Virus record (IMG/VR): IMGVR_UViG_3300022701_000122
Span: 96,001-160,000 of that record
Origin: a virus
Reading direction: 5' to 3' (one strand)
DNA: 64,000 bases
Position 1 is the first letter of the stretch. Each line of letters starts with the position of its first letter. The notes beneath the pieces are model-generated. The model worked only from the letters and a program-made list of their open reading frames with translations. It was not told where the DNA came from and did not search any database. Made by a program: the position numbers and the translations under genes. Positions 48,412 through 56,647 of the stretch are shown here, piece by piece.

Positions 48412-49307
48412 TTGATATATCTACTGTTACCACTTTTGGTTCAGAAGGTCGAGTCAAGTATAAATTTGAATCTGGACATGATTTATGGGTTAATCATGAT
48501 GATCTAACATGGAAGTTAACATCTGATGTATTTATTGGATTAAGAGAAAGTCAGAATTTTGGATTTAAAGTAAAATATAATGGTTTTTATAAAAAAAGAT
48601 TTGGAATATTTGTATATAATAATGTTGTGTTTAATCGTTCTGACGTTGGGCATCTTACTAAACTCAATATGATGATAAGAAGAGTTGCAAAATATATAAA
48701 AAAATATAAAGATAATATAAATGAGATAGAATATAAGAATAGTAAATATAGAGTAAATAAAGCAAAAAAAATTGTGGCGATATATTTATATGGAAGAGAA
48801 TATTATCTTACAACATTATATAGAATAATTATTAATTATTCTATATATATATCTGAATATTATAATGTAGAAGATAGAATTGAAAGAATTACTGCTTGTG
48901 ATTTGGCAGATTATGTATGTAATATATCGAATACAGGGATAATTATGAAATCTATAAAGTCATTTAAAGAAACCTTATTTTATTATGATTATGATCCACT
49001 TTATAGATTCAGTTCTGATTTCGATATTTTAAAAGTAAATGTATGTATAAATAATTTAATATTATTTAATATGTTATTTTATACACTTGAAAGTATAAAT
49101 ATATTTAATAAAAATAGTATTGTAGTTGCCGTAGGAAATCGTTTAGTTGATGTACTACTTACAACAGAAGTATTTCAATTTTTCAGAAATACAATGGAAG
49201 ATATAAAAAATAAATATGATATAAGTTATGATGATATACCAGTTAAAATAGTATTCATTGAAGATGTTATATTTAATTTGGGGGGAAGTGGTGGTATTAA
49301 TTTATAA
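48408..49307 (+). CDS. C-tail family protein (two fused units)
   Basis: Internal DLADYVCNISNTGII-M; ends VFIEDVIFNLGGSGGINL. Confidence 0.7.
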   Translation: MIDISTVTTFGSEGRVKYKFESGHDLWVNHDDLTWKLTSDVFIGLRESQNFGFKVKYNGFYKKRFGIFVYNNVVFNRSDVGHLTKLNMMIRRVAKYIKKYKDNINEIEYKNSKYRVNKAKKIVAIYLYGREYYLTTLYRIIINYSIYISEYYNVEDRIERITACDLADYVCNISNTGIIMKSIKSFKETLFYYDYDPLYRFSSDFDILKVNVCINNLILFNMLFYTLESINIFNKNSIVVAVGNRLVDVLLTTEVFQFFRNTMEDIKNKYDISYDDIPVKIVFIEDVIFNLGGSGGINL

Positions 49308-49731
49308 ACATGGATATATGGATTATTTAAACATGACAAACGATATGATGGCATTTGTTGGAAATATATTTGATCATATATGTCAAATGAAAGAAATATA
49401 TGATTGTGTTGTTTTAACTGAAAGTAAAGATATTATTATAAATGGAGAAATGTTTTATTATTGTGATTATAAACATATAATGATTATAAATGTATTATTT
49501 AATCATAATAGATTAAAATGTTATAATATGGAATATATATTTAAACTTGTTAGAGATAGATTGATACAAGAAGAAGAATTTATATCTGTTGTTTTAAGCA
49601 TAGCATTTCATAAAATAAATGAAGAATTTAAACTGATAGATGAGAAAAATGTAAGATTTCATAAATTTATAGATAAAATAAACATATATGAAATATTCAA
49701 TGTCATTTCTGATAAAGGGTATTTATTATGA
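49258..49731 (+). CDS. C-tail family protein (start uncertain)
   Basis: Ends INIYEIFNVISDKGYLL. Confidence 0.6.
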   Translation: MKMLYLIWGEVVVLIYKHGYMDYLNMTNDMMAFVGNIFDHICQMKEIYDCVVLTESKDIIINGEMFYYCDYKHIMIINVLFNHNRLKCYNMEYIFKLVRDRLIQEEEFISVVLSIAFHKINEEFKLIDEKNVRFHKFIDKINIYEIFNVISDKGYLL

Positions 49732-50267
49732 TAAAATATTTAAGATGGTCACCACGTGCAAATTTTGTATATATCAATCTACATATTCAAAGATTATTTA
49801 CATCAATTTTTAATTTAAAAAATTATAAATTAATATATGCACTGTATAAGTGTATTAATGTATTACGTATTAATGAACAAAAGTTTCATTCATATAATGA
49901 TGAAAATAAAATATTAAACTATTTAGAAAATAATAATATATACTATAGTAAAATATTAACAAAATTAAAAAAATACAATGGCTATCATATTCCAAGATAC
50001 ATTAAACCATTAACTGAATTGAATGTATTAATTAAGGTGAGTAATATGGCTATGTTATCAACTAATAATGTATTAATTGAAATATATAAGAATTTAACTT
50101 TAGTAAAAGATTTACATATAGCTGTATCGCTTTTTAGATATGATTTACGAAAAAATGGAATATACGACGATAAAAAACATAAAAAAATATTTAATGATCT
50201 TTTGAAGATAAAATCTATAAAATTTGATAATGTTATTGAGAAAATTTATAGGGGGGTTGTATGTTAA
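49728..50267 (+). CDS. C-tail family protein
   Basis: Internal YNGYHIP; ends IKFDNVIEKIYRGVVC. Confidence 0.65.
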   Translation: MIKYLRWSPRANFVYINLHIQRLFTSIFNLKNYKLIYALYKCINVLRINEQKFHSYNDENKILNYLENNNIYYSKILTKLKKYNGYHIPRYIKPLTELNVLIKVSNMAMLSTNNVLIEIYKNLTLVKDLHIAVSLFRYDLRKNGIYDDKKHKKIFNDLLKIKSIKFDNVIEKIYRGVVC

Positions 50268-50596
50268 GTAAACATATAAATTACGATATACTTAAAAATA
50301 ATTACTTTGATTGTAAAGATTATTTAAATATATTTAATCATTATTTATTTAAATCTTTAATTTATGATCATGATATAACTAACAATCTGATAATTAGAGT
50401 TGTAGATAATAATGGATCTTGTTATTTAACAAATAGTTCAACTATTTTACTTAATAAAAATGTATTCAAAAAAGAATGTGAATCTCGTCAATTCTTTCTA
50501 AGATTACAATATGGGCAACATATTCCAAAATTTATGAATGTAATAAATATTTATAATGTTATTAAAACAATCGGTAATATAGGTAGTATATTATGA
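50261..50596 (+). CDS. C-tail family protein (YGxHIP subgroup)
   Basis: YGQHIP...INIYNVIKTIGNIGSIL. Confidence 0.7.
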   Translation: MLSKHINYDILKNNYFDCKDYLNIFNHYLFKSLIYDHDITNNLIIRVVDNNGSCYLTNSSTILLNKNVFKKECESRQFFLRLQYGQHIPKFMNVINIYNVIKTIGNIGSIL

Positions 50597-50970
50597 ATAA
50601 AATTATAGGGTTATTCGAATCTTATCCCCAAATGGTTACTTTATTTAGAGAATATACTCATTATTTTATGAATGAGTTTTATAACGATGTAATTTCTGAA
50701 AATAAAAAATTAGATCTTTCAGATTATAGAACTATTTATTCATTATATTATCCTCGAACTATGAATACAATTAGACCTGAATATGATAATGGTGATTATA
50801 GGTGGCTTGAAATAATTGATGAACGTCGTGAATCATTTTATAATTCTATTGGAGATGAATTCTATCGAAATCTTAAATTAATACATGGTGATCATATACC
50901 AAAGAAAATAGATCATATTAAATTTGTAAATATTATTTATAATTTTGGATTAAAAGGGATAGTTATATAA
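50593..50970 (+). CDS. C-tail family protein (YGxHIP subgroup)
   Basis: HGDHIPKKIDHIKFVNIIYNFGLKGIVI. Confidence 0.7.
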   Translation: MNKIIGLFESYPQMVTLFREYTHYFMNEFYNDVISENKKLDLSDYRTIYSLYYPRTMNTIRPEYDNGDYRWLEIIDERRESFYNSIGDEFYRNLKLIHGDHIPKKIDHIKFVNIIYNFGLKGIVI

Positions 50971-51284
50971 TGCCGTCATTTAAACAACAAACTAAATTAA
51001 ATAGATTAATATATGATTGTACTCAATTTATAATGGGTAGATCTATGTTTTATATGGATTGGTTTGATTTAAAATTCACAGATATTGAAATAATATATTC
51101 TTTGTATTTTCCAATAAAATTTAAACATGGATTGCCATTACCATGTAAACCATTTATGCATAAATCTGGAGATAAATTGCTCAAAATATTTAGATCCAAA
51201 TATGGGAAACATATTCCAAAAAAAATAGATAAAATAACAATATTAACTATTTATAATAATAGTAATAGAGGGATAATATTATGA
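50970..51284 (+). CDS. C-tail family protein (YGxHIP subgroup)
   Basis: YGKHIPKKIDKITILTIYNNSNRGIIL. Confidence 0.7.
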   Translation: MPSFKQQTKLNRLIYDCTQFIMGRSMFYMDWFDLKFTDIEIIYSLYFPIKFKHGLPLPCKPFMHKSGDKLLKIFRSKYGKHIPKKIDKITILTIYNNSNRGIIL

Positions 51285-51616
51285 TGATTTATTCATGGAT
51301 ACAATTAATTCGAACTGGAATAAAAAAAGATTTAGAGAGAGTTTTATCTTATTATGTTTATGCGGATATTACTAAAAATAGAAGTAAATATAAAGGAAAA
51401 ATATTTAAAATTAAATCAATTGGTGGATATGATGGAATTTCAGTTGGTCTTACATCTGCCGAACATGTTATGAAGAGAGATTTTTTGCAAGTTGATTTGA
51501 ATAAATTATATAGAACTTTAAAATATGAATTTGGAAATCATGTTCCAGAATATATTGATATTCATGATTTTATTAATATGATTAAAATAATAACAAATAA
51601 TGGAATTTTATTATGA
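51281..51616 (+). CDS. C-tail family protein (YGxHIP subgroup)
   Basis: FGNHVPEYIDIHDFINMIKIITNNGILL. Confidence 0.7.
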   Translation: MMIYSWIQLIRTGIKKDLERVLSYYVYADITKNRSKYKGKIFKIKSIGGYDGISVGLTSAEHVMKRDFLQVDLNKLYRTLKYEFGNHVPEYIDIHDFINMIKIITNNGILL

Positions 51617-51726
51617 CAAAATTAGTTGATGAATGTGACAATAATTTATTTTCATATCCAACTATCGAATTTATAAGATTTGAAGAAATATTAAACAAAA
51701 TAAAGAAAGGAATAATAATAACATGA
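51613..51726 (+). CDS. 37-aa minimal C-tail family peptide (not in track)
   Basis: MTKLVDECDNNLFSYPTIEFIRFEEILNKIKKGIIIT*; ATGA-coupled at both ends. Confidence 0.6.
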   Translation: MTKLVDECDNNLFSYPTIEFIRFEEILNKIKKGIIIT

Positions 51727-51995
51727 CATACTTTCTTAATTCATCTATAAATAAATCTATACATAGAAAAAAGTATAATGGTAAACGATTGAAATTTAAA
51801 CTTAAATATCAAGATACAATAGGAAAATTAATCATTATGGGTGACGCAAATAGATCTATAAAAAGTTATATTTTAAAAACAATATATGAAGGACATAATA
51901 TATATGGTGTTGAAAAATATGATCAATATGAAATTACAGATTATGTTGATATAAATAACATTTATAAGAGATTTATTAAAGGATTTATATTATGA
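51723..51995 (+). CDS. C-tail family small protein
   Basis: Ends VDINNIYKRFIKGFIL. Confidence 0.65.
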   Translation: MTYFLNSSINKSIHRKKYNGKRLKFKLKYQDTIGKLIIMGDANRSIKSYILKTIYEGHNIYGVEKYDQYEITDYVDINNIYKRFIKGFIL

Positions 51996-52108
51996 GAGAA
52001 TTTAGAATATGTACGTCTGGCATGTCAAAAGATATACGAGAATTAAGTTACATATTTATTGATGATTTTATACTTGATACTTATAAATTTGGATGGTTTG
52101 TAATGTGA
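51992..52108 (+). CDS. 38-aa minimal C-tail family peptide (not in track)
   Basis: MREFRICTSGMSKDIRELSYIFIDDFILDTYKFGWFVM*. Confidence 0.5.
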   Translation: MREFRICTSGMSKDIRELSYIFIDDFILDTYKFGWFVM

Positions 52109-52111
52109 TGC

Positions 52112-52126
52112 GGACAAATAATAAAT
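52112..52126 (+). promoter_or_regulatory. Putative promoter motif A
   Basis: ggacaaataataaat upstream of 52157, a gene outside the C-tail family. Confidence 0.5.
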
Positions 52127-52156
52127 TGAATATATAATATTATAGGAGATATTACA

Positions 52157-52684
52157 ATGAGTATACTTGATATAGCAACAAGTTATTTGGTTGATGAAGA
52201 AGAGGCAGAAGAGTCGCAAACCGAAAAAAATGAAGATCTTCTGATTCTTCTTGATCAAAAAGATTTATTAAAATCTATAAGTATAAAAACGTCTAAATAT
52301 GATCTAAATTATTATTTAGATAATTTAGATATATTGAATGATGAATTTATACAGTTATTACTAAAACGATTTATAACTGTATATAGCTTAACTCCACTTA
52401 AACAATATCTATCCCCTGCTTTTTCGACTATAGATGTTCGTAAACATCTTATTAAGATTATAAAATTAATAAAGATAAAATTAGTTGAAGAATTAATAGA
52501 AGATGATTCTCTTCTTGATTTAATACGAAACGGGGATAGAGAAGAAATACTTGAGATATTTAATAATATAGAACCAAATATTTTCATGAATCATTCTATG
52601 AAATTCATAGATAATGATAGTTTAAAAAGATTTATTACTGTCATTGAGCGAGAAAACGAAGCGGAATATGATGAAAAGATATAA
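52157..52684 (+). CDS. Acidic hypothetical protein interrupting the C-tail array
   Basis: 175 aa, aggag RBS, lacks the C-tail. Confidence 0.75.
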   Translation: MSILDIATSYLVDEEEAEESQTEKNEDLLILLDQKDLLKSISIKTSKYDLNYYLDNLDILNDEFIQLLLKRFITVYSLTPLKQYLSPAFSTIDVRKHLIKIIKLIKIKLVEELIEDDSLLDLIRNGDREEILEIFNNIEPNIFMNHSMKFIDNDSLKRFITVIERENEAEYDEKI

Positions 52685-52732
52685 TTAAAATTTGGCTATA
52701 TCCAATTTTAAAGTAAATTATATGGAGAAATT

Positions 52733-53194
52733 ATGGGAGGATTTAAAGAGTATAGAATACATAGTAAATTTGGGATAGTGTATAAATTTTCTAATTATAG
52801 ATATTTAATCAATGGTTTATTAAAAAATAAATTTTTAGTTAAATTTATAAGTAATGCAATTTATACTCTTAGTTTCAATCATTACAATTTTAGTATTGTT
52901 AGAATGAAAATAACAGATTTTTCTGAATTATTTTATTATTATACATATTTGAATTTTTATATGAAAATTAATAAATTAACCATTAAAGATTATTATAATT
53001 ATATGAAATTTGAAAGAAAATCTTTAAATGAATATGATGATATTTCATATAGTGAATGGGAAACTTTTAGAAGAGTTGAACGTATAACACATGAAGCTAT
53101 AATAAAATATGGTAATCATATACCATTTACAATAAAGACTATATTTGTTGAAGATTTAATGAAGCTTGATAATTGTGGTTTTATAATGAATTGA
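52733..53194 (+). CDS. C-tail family protein (YGxHIP subgroup)
   Basis: YGNHIPFTIKTIFVEDLMKLDNCGFIMN. Confidence 0.7.
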   Translation: MGGFKEYRIHSKFGIVYKFSNYRYLINGLLKNKFLVKFISNAIYTLSFNHYNFSIVRMKITDFSELFYYYTYLNFYMKINKLTIKDYYNYMKFERKSLNEYDDISYSEWETFRRVERITHEAIIKYGNHIPFTIKTIFVEDLMKLDNCGFIMN

Positions 53195-53577
53195 TGAGGA
53201 GAAATTTTATGAGATTATATGAATATAGTAAAAGAATGTGGAATATTAATTATGAATCATATTCACTATTTAGATATATAAATACTGATTCAATAAAATA
53301 TAATAGATATGTATTATCAGTGTGTTTAGATAGTTATAAACAATTAACTTTTTATCATATAACATTATGGAATATAGTTAAAAGATTTAATTTAGAGTAT
53401 TCTGATAATGATATATTTGCAGATGCCCATTTTAGAAATTCTAATTATTTATTCTTTAGTAGATTTTATAATGTAAGATCTATCATATATGAAAAATATG
53501 GAAATATACATGCCATCATAAAAATAATATCGATACATGATATATATAATATCGGACTCAGTGGTATAATAATCTGA
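53173..53577 (+). CDS. C-tail family protein
   Basis: KYGNIHAIIKIISIHDIYNIGLSGIII. Confidence 0.65.
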   Translation: MWFYNELMRRNFMRLYEYSKRMWNINYESYSLFRYINTDSIKYNRYVLSVCLDSYKQLTFYHITLWNIVKRFNLEYSDNDIFADAHFRNSNYLFFSRFYNVRSIIYEKYGNIHAIIKIISIHDIYNIGLSGIII

Positions 53578-53582
53578 ATATA

Positions 53583-53604
53583 TATATATATTAAATTATA
53601 ACAT
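53583..53604 (+). promoter_or_regulatory. Putative promoter motif B followed by a hairpin
   Basis: tatatatattaaat-tat-aacat; gttggg/cccaac hairpin then Ts at about 53610-53637. Confidence 0.5.
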
Positions 53605-53657
53605 GTAAACGGTTGGGGGTATACCCAACATGTTTTGTTCATAGGAGAGATATATCT

Positions 53658-53966
53658 ATGACTGTGAGTATAGAAGAAATATTTGATTACATCAATTATC
53701 GACATTTGTTACGTTTTCACCAACAATTAGATGTCGATAATTGGTTGTCATCAGATTCATATTTTGCTTTTATAAATGATATACTTAAAGAAAATGAAGA
53801 TAATTATACTATCGGCAATGGATTTTACTGTAACCCTGGTGAATTCACACGTATAAAAAATACCATTATTGATAAATATGGTCATCATATTGATTTTAAT
53901 GATATATTTTTATGCAGAATGGATAGAGTTCTTAAAACTATTTGGAAGATAGGAGTTACGATATGA
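53658..53966 (+). CDS. Hypothetical protein, distant YGxHI family member
   Basis: KYGHHID; ATG at 53658 with an aggag RBS. Confidence 0.65.
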   Translation: MTVSIEEIFDYINYRHLLRFHQQLDVDNWLSSDSYFAFINDILKENEDNYTIGNGFYCNPGEFTRIKNTIIDKYGHHIDFNDIFLCRMDRVLKTIWKIGVTI

Positions 53967-54253
53967 TTTGTTTACGATGTGGATATTGCTGTAAGAAATT
54001 GTTTGTTGTTATTATTGATGATCCAGAAAAAGGGATAATTGAAGGTAACTTAATTGCCAATATTGGCGATGGTCCATGTAAACATTTAGTTGGTGATGCC
54101 CCTGGAAACTATTCATGCGCAATTCATGATCATGATTGATACGAAGAAACTCCATGCTCAAAATATACTCAAGTCGAATCGTCTGATGAGTGTGTTTGTA
54201 GAGTTGGAGATTATCAAATGAAACTATATAAAAAGAAAAAAATAATTTTATGA
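53963..54253 (+). pseudogene. YkgJ-like Cys-cluster (Fe-S/Zn) protein interrupted by an in-frame TGA at 54137
   Basis: CLRCGYCC...CKHL...CAIHDHD*YEETPCSKY...CVCRVG; the frame stays open for 37 codons after the TGA. Confidence 0.65.
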
Positions 54254-54254
54254 T

Positions 54255-54276
54255 TATATATATTAAATATTAACAT
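54255..54276 (+). promoter_or_regulatory. Putative promoter motif B
   Basis: tatatatattaaat-att-aacat. Confidence 0.55.
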
Positions 54277-54402
54277 TATTAAGTTGCATTTATTAATAAT
54301 ATGTTATATGTGATAAGTATGGTCCGATTGGAGGTAGGACATACTTATAGTTTAAATTATTTTTTGTTTTTCTTTGAATATACATAAATAAAGGAGAGAA
54401 TC

Positions 54403-54666
54403 ATGCCAGAAGCCAAAGAAGTAAAAAGACCAACTACTGTAATTCATGGTGGAACAAAAGTTGTTGGTGTTGTATCTGGATTTACACCAGGAGGAGAAAC
54501 ATTTCGAATCGATTTTGAAAATGGATGTGCATTTGAAGTTGATCGGAAAGCGTTCGTTACAGATACCACTATGGATAAGTTAAGAGTTACGATGAATACT
54601 GTTGGACTCAATAAACTACCTGGAGCAACAATCAATTTCACAAATGCAACTTTGAGTCTTGGATAA
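54403..54666 (+). CDS. Hypothetical protein
   Basis: 87 aa, aaggag RBS. Confidence 0.75.
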   Translation: MPEAKEVKRPTTVIHGGTKVVGVVSGFTPGGETFRIDFENGCAFEVDRKAFVTDTTMDKLRVTMNTVGLNKLPGATINFTNATLSLG

Positions 54667-54675
54667 ATAAATAAA

Positions 54676-55083
54676 ATGGCGTTTACTATAGTTGATGCAA
54701 AAATGAAAGGATACCAAATGACAAAAGATACAAAAGATAATGGCGTTGTGGAAAAAGAAAAACAATCAAAAGATAATGAATCTATAAGTAGTAATGAAAA
54801 AGCATTCGAATTATTCAAAGAAAGAGCAATCTCGCAATTACATATTCTTGTTAAAGATCCCAAAAAGTTGGATGTACAAATAAATGAATATCCATCATTG
54901 ATTGTTGTATCTGCATCAGCATCAACGATGATAGACACTGGTAGGCTAATTGGAGTGAAAGGAATAATTGCAAAATCGTTAAGACAAACAATGCTACCAG
55001 CAATTGCATCATGTGTTGGATTAAAGAAGAGAATCCATTTTGATATTGCTGATGGCGATGTTGAGACGAAGATTACAACATAA
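54676..55083 (+). CDS. khpA: KhpA-like single KH-domain RNA-binding protein
   Basis: LVKDP..LDV...DTGRLIGVKGIIAKSLR...KKRIHFDI vs KhpA LVD.P..V...D.G.VIG..G.TA.AIR...KR..LEI. Confidence 0.7.
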   Translation: MAFTIVDAKMKGYQMTKDTKDNGVVEKEKQSKDNESISSNEKAFELFKERAISQLHILVKDPKKLDVQINEYPSLIVVSASASTMIDTGRLIGVKGIIAKSLRQTMLPAIASCVGLKKRIHFDIADGDVETKITT

Positions 55084-55090
55084 TATATTT

Positions 55091-55167
55091 CGGGGTATAT
55101 CTCAGTCTGGTAGAGTGTGCGGTTTGGGTCCGCATTGTCGGGGGTTCAAATCCCTCTGCCCCGACCA
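55091..55167 (+). tRNA. trnP: tRNA-Pro(UGG)
   Basis: Acceptor cggggta/tgccccg, anticodon arm tgcgg-tttgggt-ccgca, T loop ttcaaat, encoded CCA. Confidence 0.95.
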
Positions 55168-55176
55168 ATTTATCAT

Positions 55177-55213
55177 AAGGGAAATCAATTTTTTATAATT
55201 GGTTTCCCTTTTT
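55177..55213 (+). terminator. Intrinsic terminator
   Basis: aagggaaatcaatt / aattggtttccctt, then Ts. Confidence 0.85.
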
Positions 55214-55365
55214 ATTTGTGGAGAGTAGTATTATAACGATATTTCTTATATATTATAAAATAGGAAATATCGTTTTTATCATACTGTTTAACTTTTTTAA
55301 TCCTTTTTGTACAACACAAATTTTTTTATGTTTAAATAAAAAAACTTATATTAAGAAAGGAAAAT

Positions 55366-55623
55366 GTGATGAAAAATTTAATCGTTTTAATTTTTTGTAT
55401 CTTTTTAATTGGTTTAAATGGTTGTACTTCTGTTCATATCAAAATGGCTGATGGATCTGAATATACATATATGAGAATCTTTACAGAGGTATATGATCTT
55501 AAGGCAGAAACTTCTGGTGGAAATAGAATATCTGTTGGTTCTGCTGAAGTTAATACTGAACTTATAGAATCTGCTATTGAAGCATATTTAAGTACATATG
55601 ATATATTGCATCTTAAAAAATAG
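55366..55623 (+). CDS. Small lipoprotein
   Basis: Signal MKNLIVLIFCIFLIG-LNGC lipobox. Confidence 0.75.
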   Translation: MMKNLIVLIFCIFLIGLNGCTSVHIKMADGSEYTYMRIFTEVYDLKAETSGGNRISVGSAEVNTELIESAIEAYLSTYDILHLKK

Positions 55624-55677
55624 ATCTACTATCTCTTCGAGATAGATTAAAATTTTATATATATAATGAATATATTA

Positions 55678-55695
55678 TATATATATTAAGTATTA
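55678..55695 (+). promoter_or_regulatory. Motif B variant directly abutting an ATG (likely leaderless mRNA)
   Basis: tatatatattaagt-att-a-ATG, with no SD upstream. Confidence 0.45.
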
Positions 55696-56244
55696 ATGGA
55701 TACGATTCAGAAACGAATCGAAAATGCTATCCATGAGACTAAGCGTCTCTCGAAAGAAGTCGAAGGATTTCCGACCGACTACTTTCAAAATACGCTTAAG
55801 TCTCGCCAACCGGATGGTATCGGTTCGACATTTAATGGGAGAGTCACTGAAGACGATCTCATTAATGCTGAATGGAAACCATTTAAACATCCGTCTGTAG
55901 CAGACGGATGTACGGCATTCATCACCCATAATTTGGGGGGTAAAGTGGGTGTCGTGAGGTTGGATGATCTCCCGAATCTAACCGTCATCGAACTCGATGA
56001 TGGTAAAGAGACGGGCCAAGTATCTGCAGTTGTAGATCGAGAGGATATTGATCTTCATCGATATTCTGTCGATTATACTGTGCTGATTCTTGGTCAGGAA
56101 ATGGAAAGTGAAGTAGTATACACTTTCCATCCCGGAGATCCAGTTTTTCCATCTAATGTCTCTTCGGAGATATTGGTTGGTACAATAGTTTTAGTCCAAG
56201 AAGCTATATCTCTTGGATTGGAATATTGTAAGATTAGAGGGTAA
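55696..56244 (+). CDS. Hypothetical protein, GC-richer than its surroundings
   Basis: 182 aa; YTFHPGDP motif; family not recognised. Confidence 0.8.
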   Translation: MDTIQKRIENAIHETKRLSKEVEGFPTDYFQNTLKSRQPDGIGSTFNGRVTEDDLINAEWKPFKHPSVADGCTAFITHNLGGKVGVVRLDDLPNLTVIELDDGKETGQVSAVVDREDIDLHRYSVDYTVLILGQEMESEVVYTFHPGDPVFPSNVSSEILVGTIVLVQEAISLGLEYCKIRG

Positions 56245-56471
56245 CTTCTAATCTGAAAACGTGCTAAATGGTTACTTATAAAGTGTAGCCATCCAATCGC
56301 GTAAGAATTGGTAAAAACTTTATACGAGAAGCAAAAAACTCGGCAATGTGAGAAAGCATTGAAAAAATCAGTGGAATACCACTATAAAAGTAATGGTTTA
56401 GTCAGCCATATATCTAACAAAAATGATACTGGAATATGCTCCAGGGAACACGTTTGCATTACGTGTTTTTT
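56231..56471 (+). ncRNA. Multi-hairpin 3'-UTR/sRNA (about 8 short hairpins plus a terminator)
   Basis: agattaga/tctaatct, atggttac/gtagccat, ccaat/attgg, cgag/ctcg, caatg/cattg, agtgg/ccact, atggtt/agccat, ctgga/tccag, aacacgt/acgtgtt+T, with A-rich linkers. Confidence 0.55.
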
Positions 56472-56482
56472 ATTAAAATCAC

Positions 56483-56504
56483 TATATATATTAAATTCTA
56501 ACAT
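56483..56504 (+). promoter_or_regulatory. Putative promoter motif B
   Basis: tatatatattaaat-tct-aacat. Confidence 0.55.
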
Positions 56505-56647
56505 AACGTTGCATATTACGTTTATGAAAATATGCCGTGAGAGACTCCAGCGAAGATATTCTGGGTAAACAGATCTGACAAATCTGGTGACTGAATATTA
56601 TAAGCACGGAGCATTGGACACGTAAATCCAATGGAGGGAGGATTCTT

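Noticed and set aside
2543-54938. Many short minus-strand ORFs in the track (e.g. 3115, 4859, 5731, 22084, 32676, 54444)
   Set aside because: Antisense shadows of + strand genes with low-complexity Phe/Ser/Ile composition and no RBS.
56308-56568. 86-aa ORF in the track
   Set aside because: TTG start without an RBS, and it spans a terminator and a promoter motif; the region is better explained as structured RNA.
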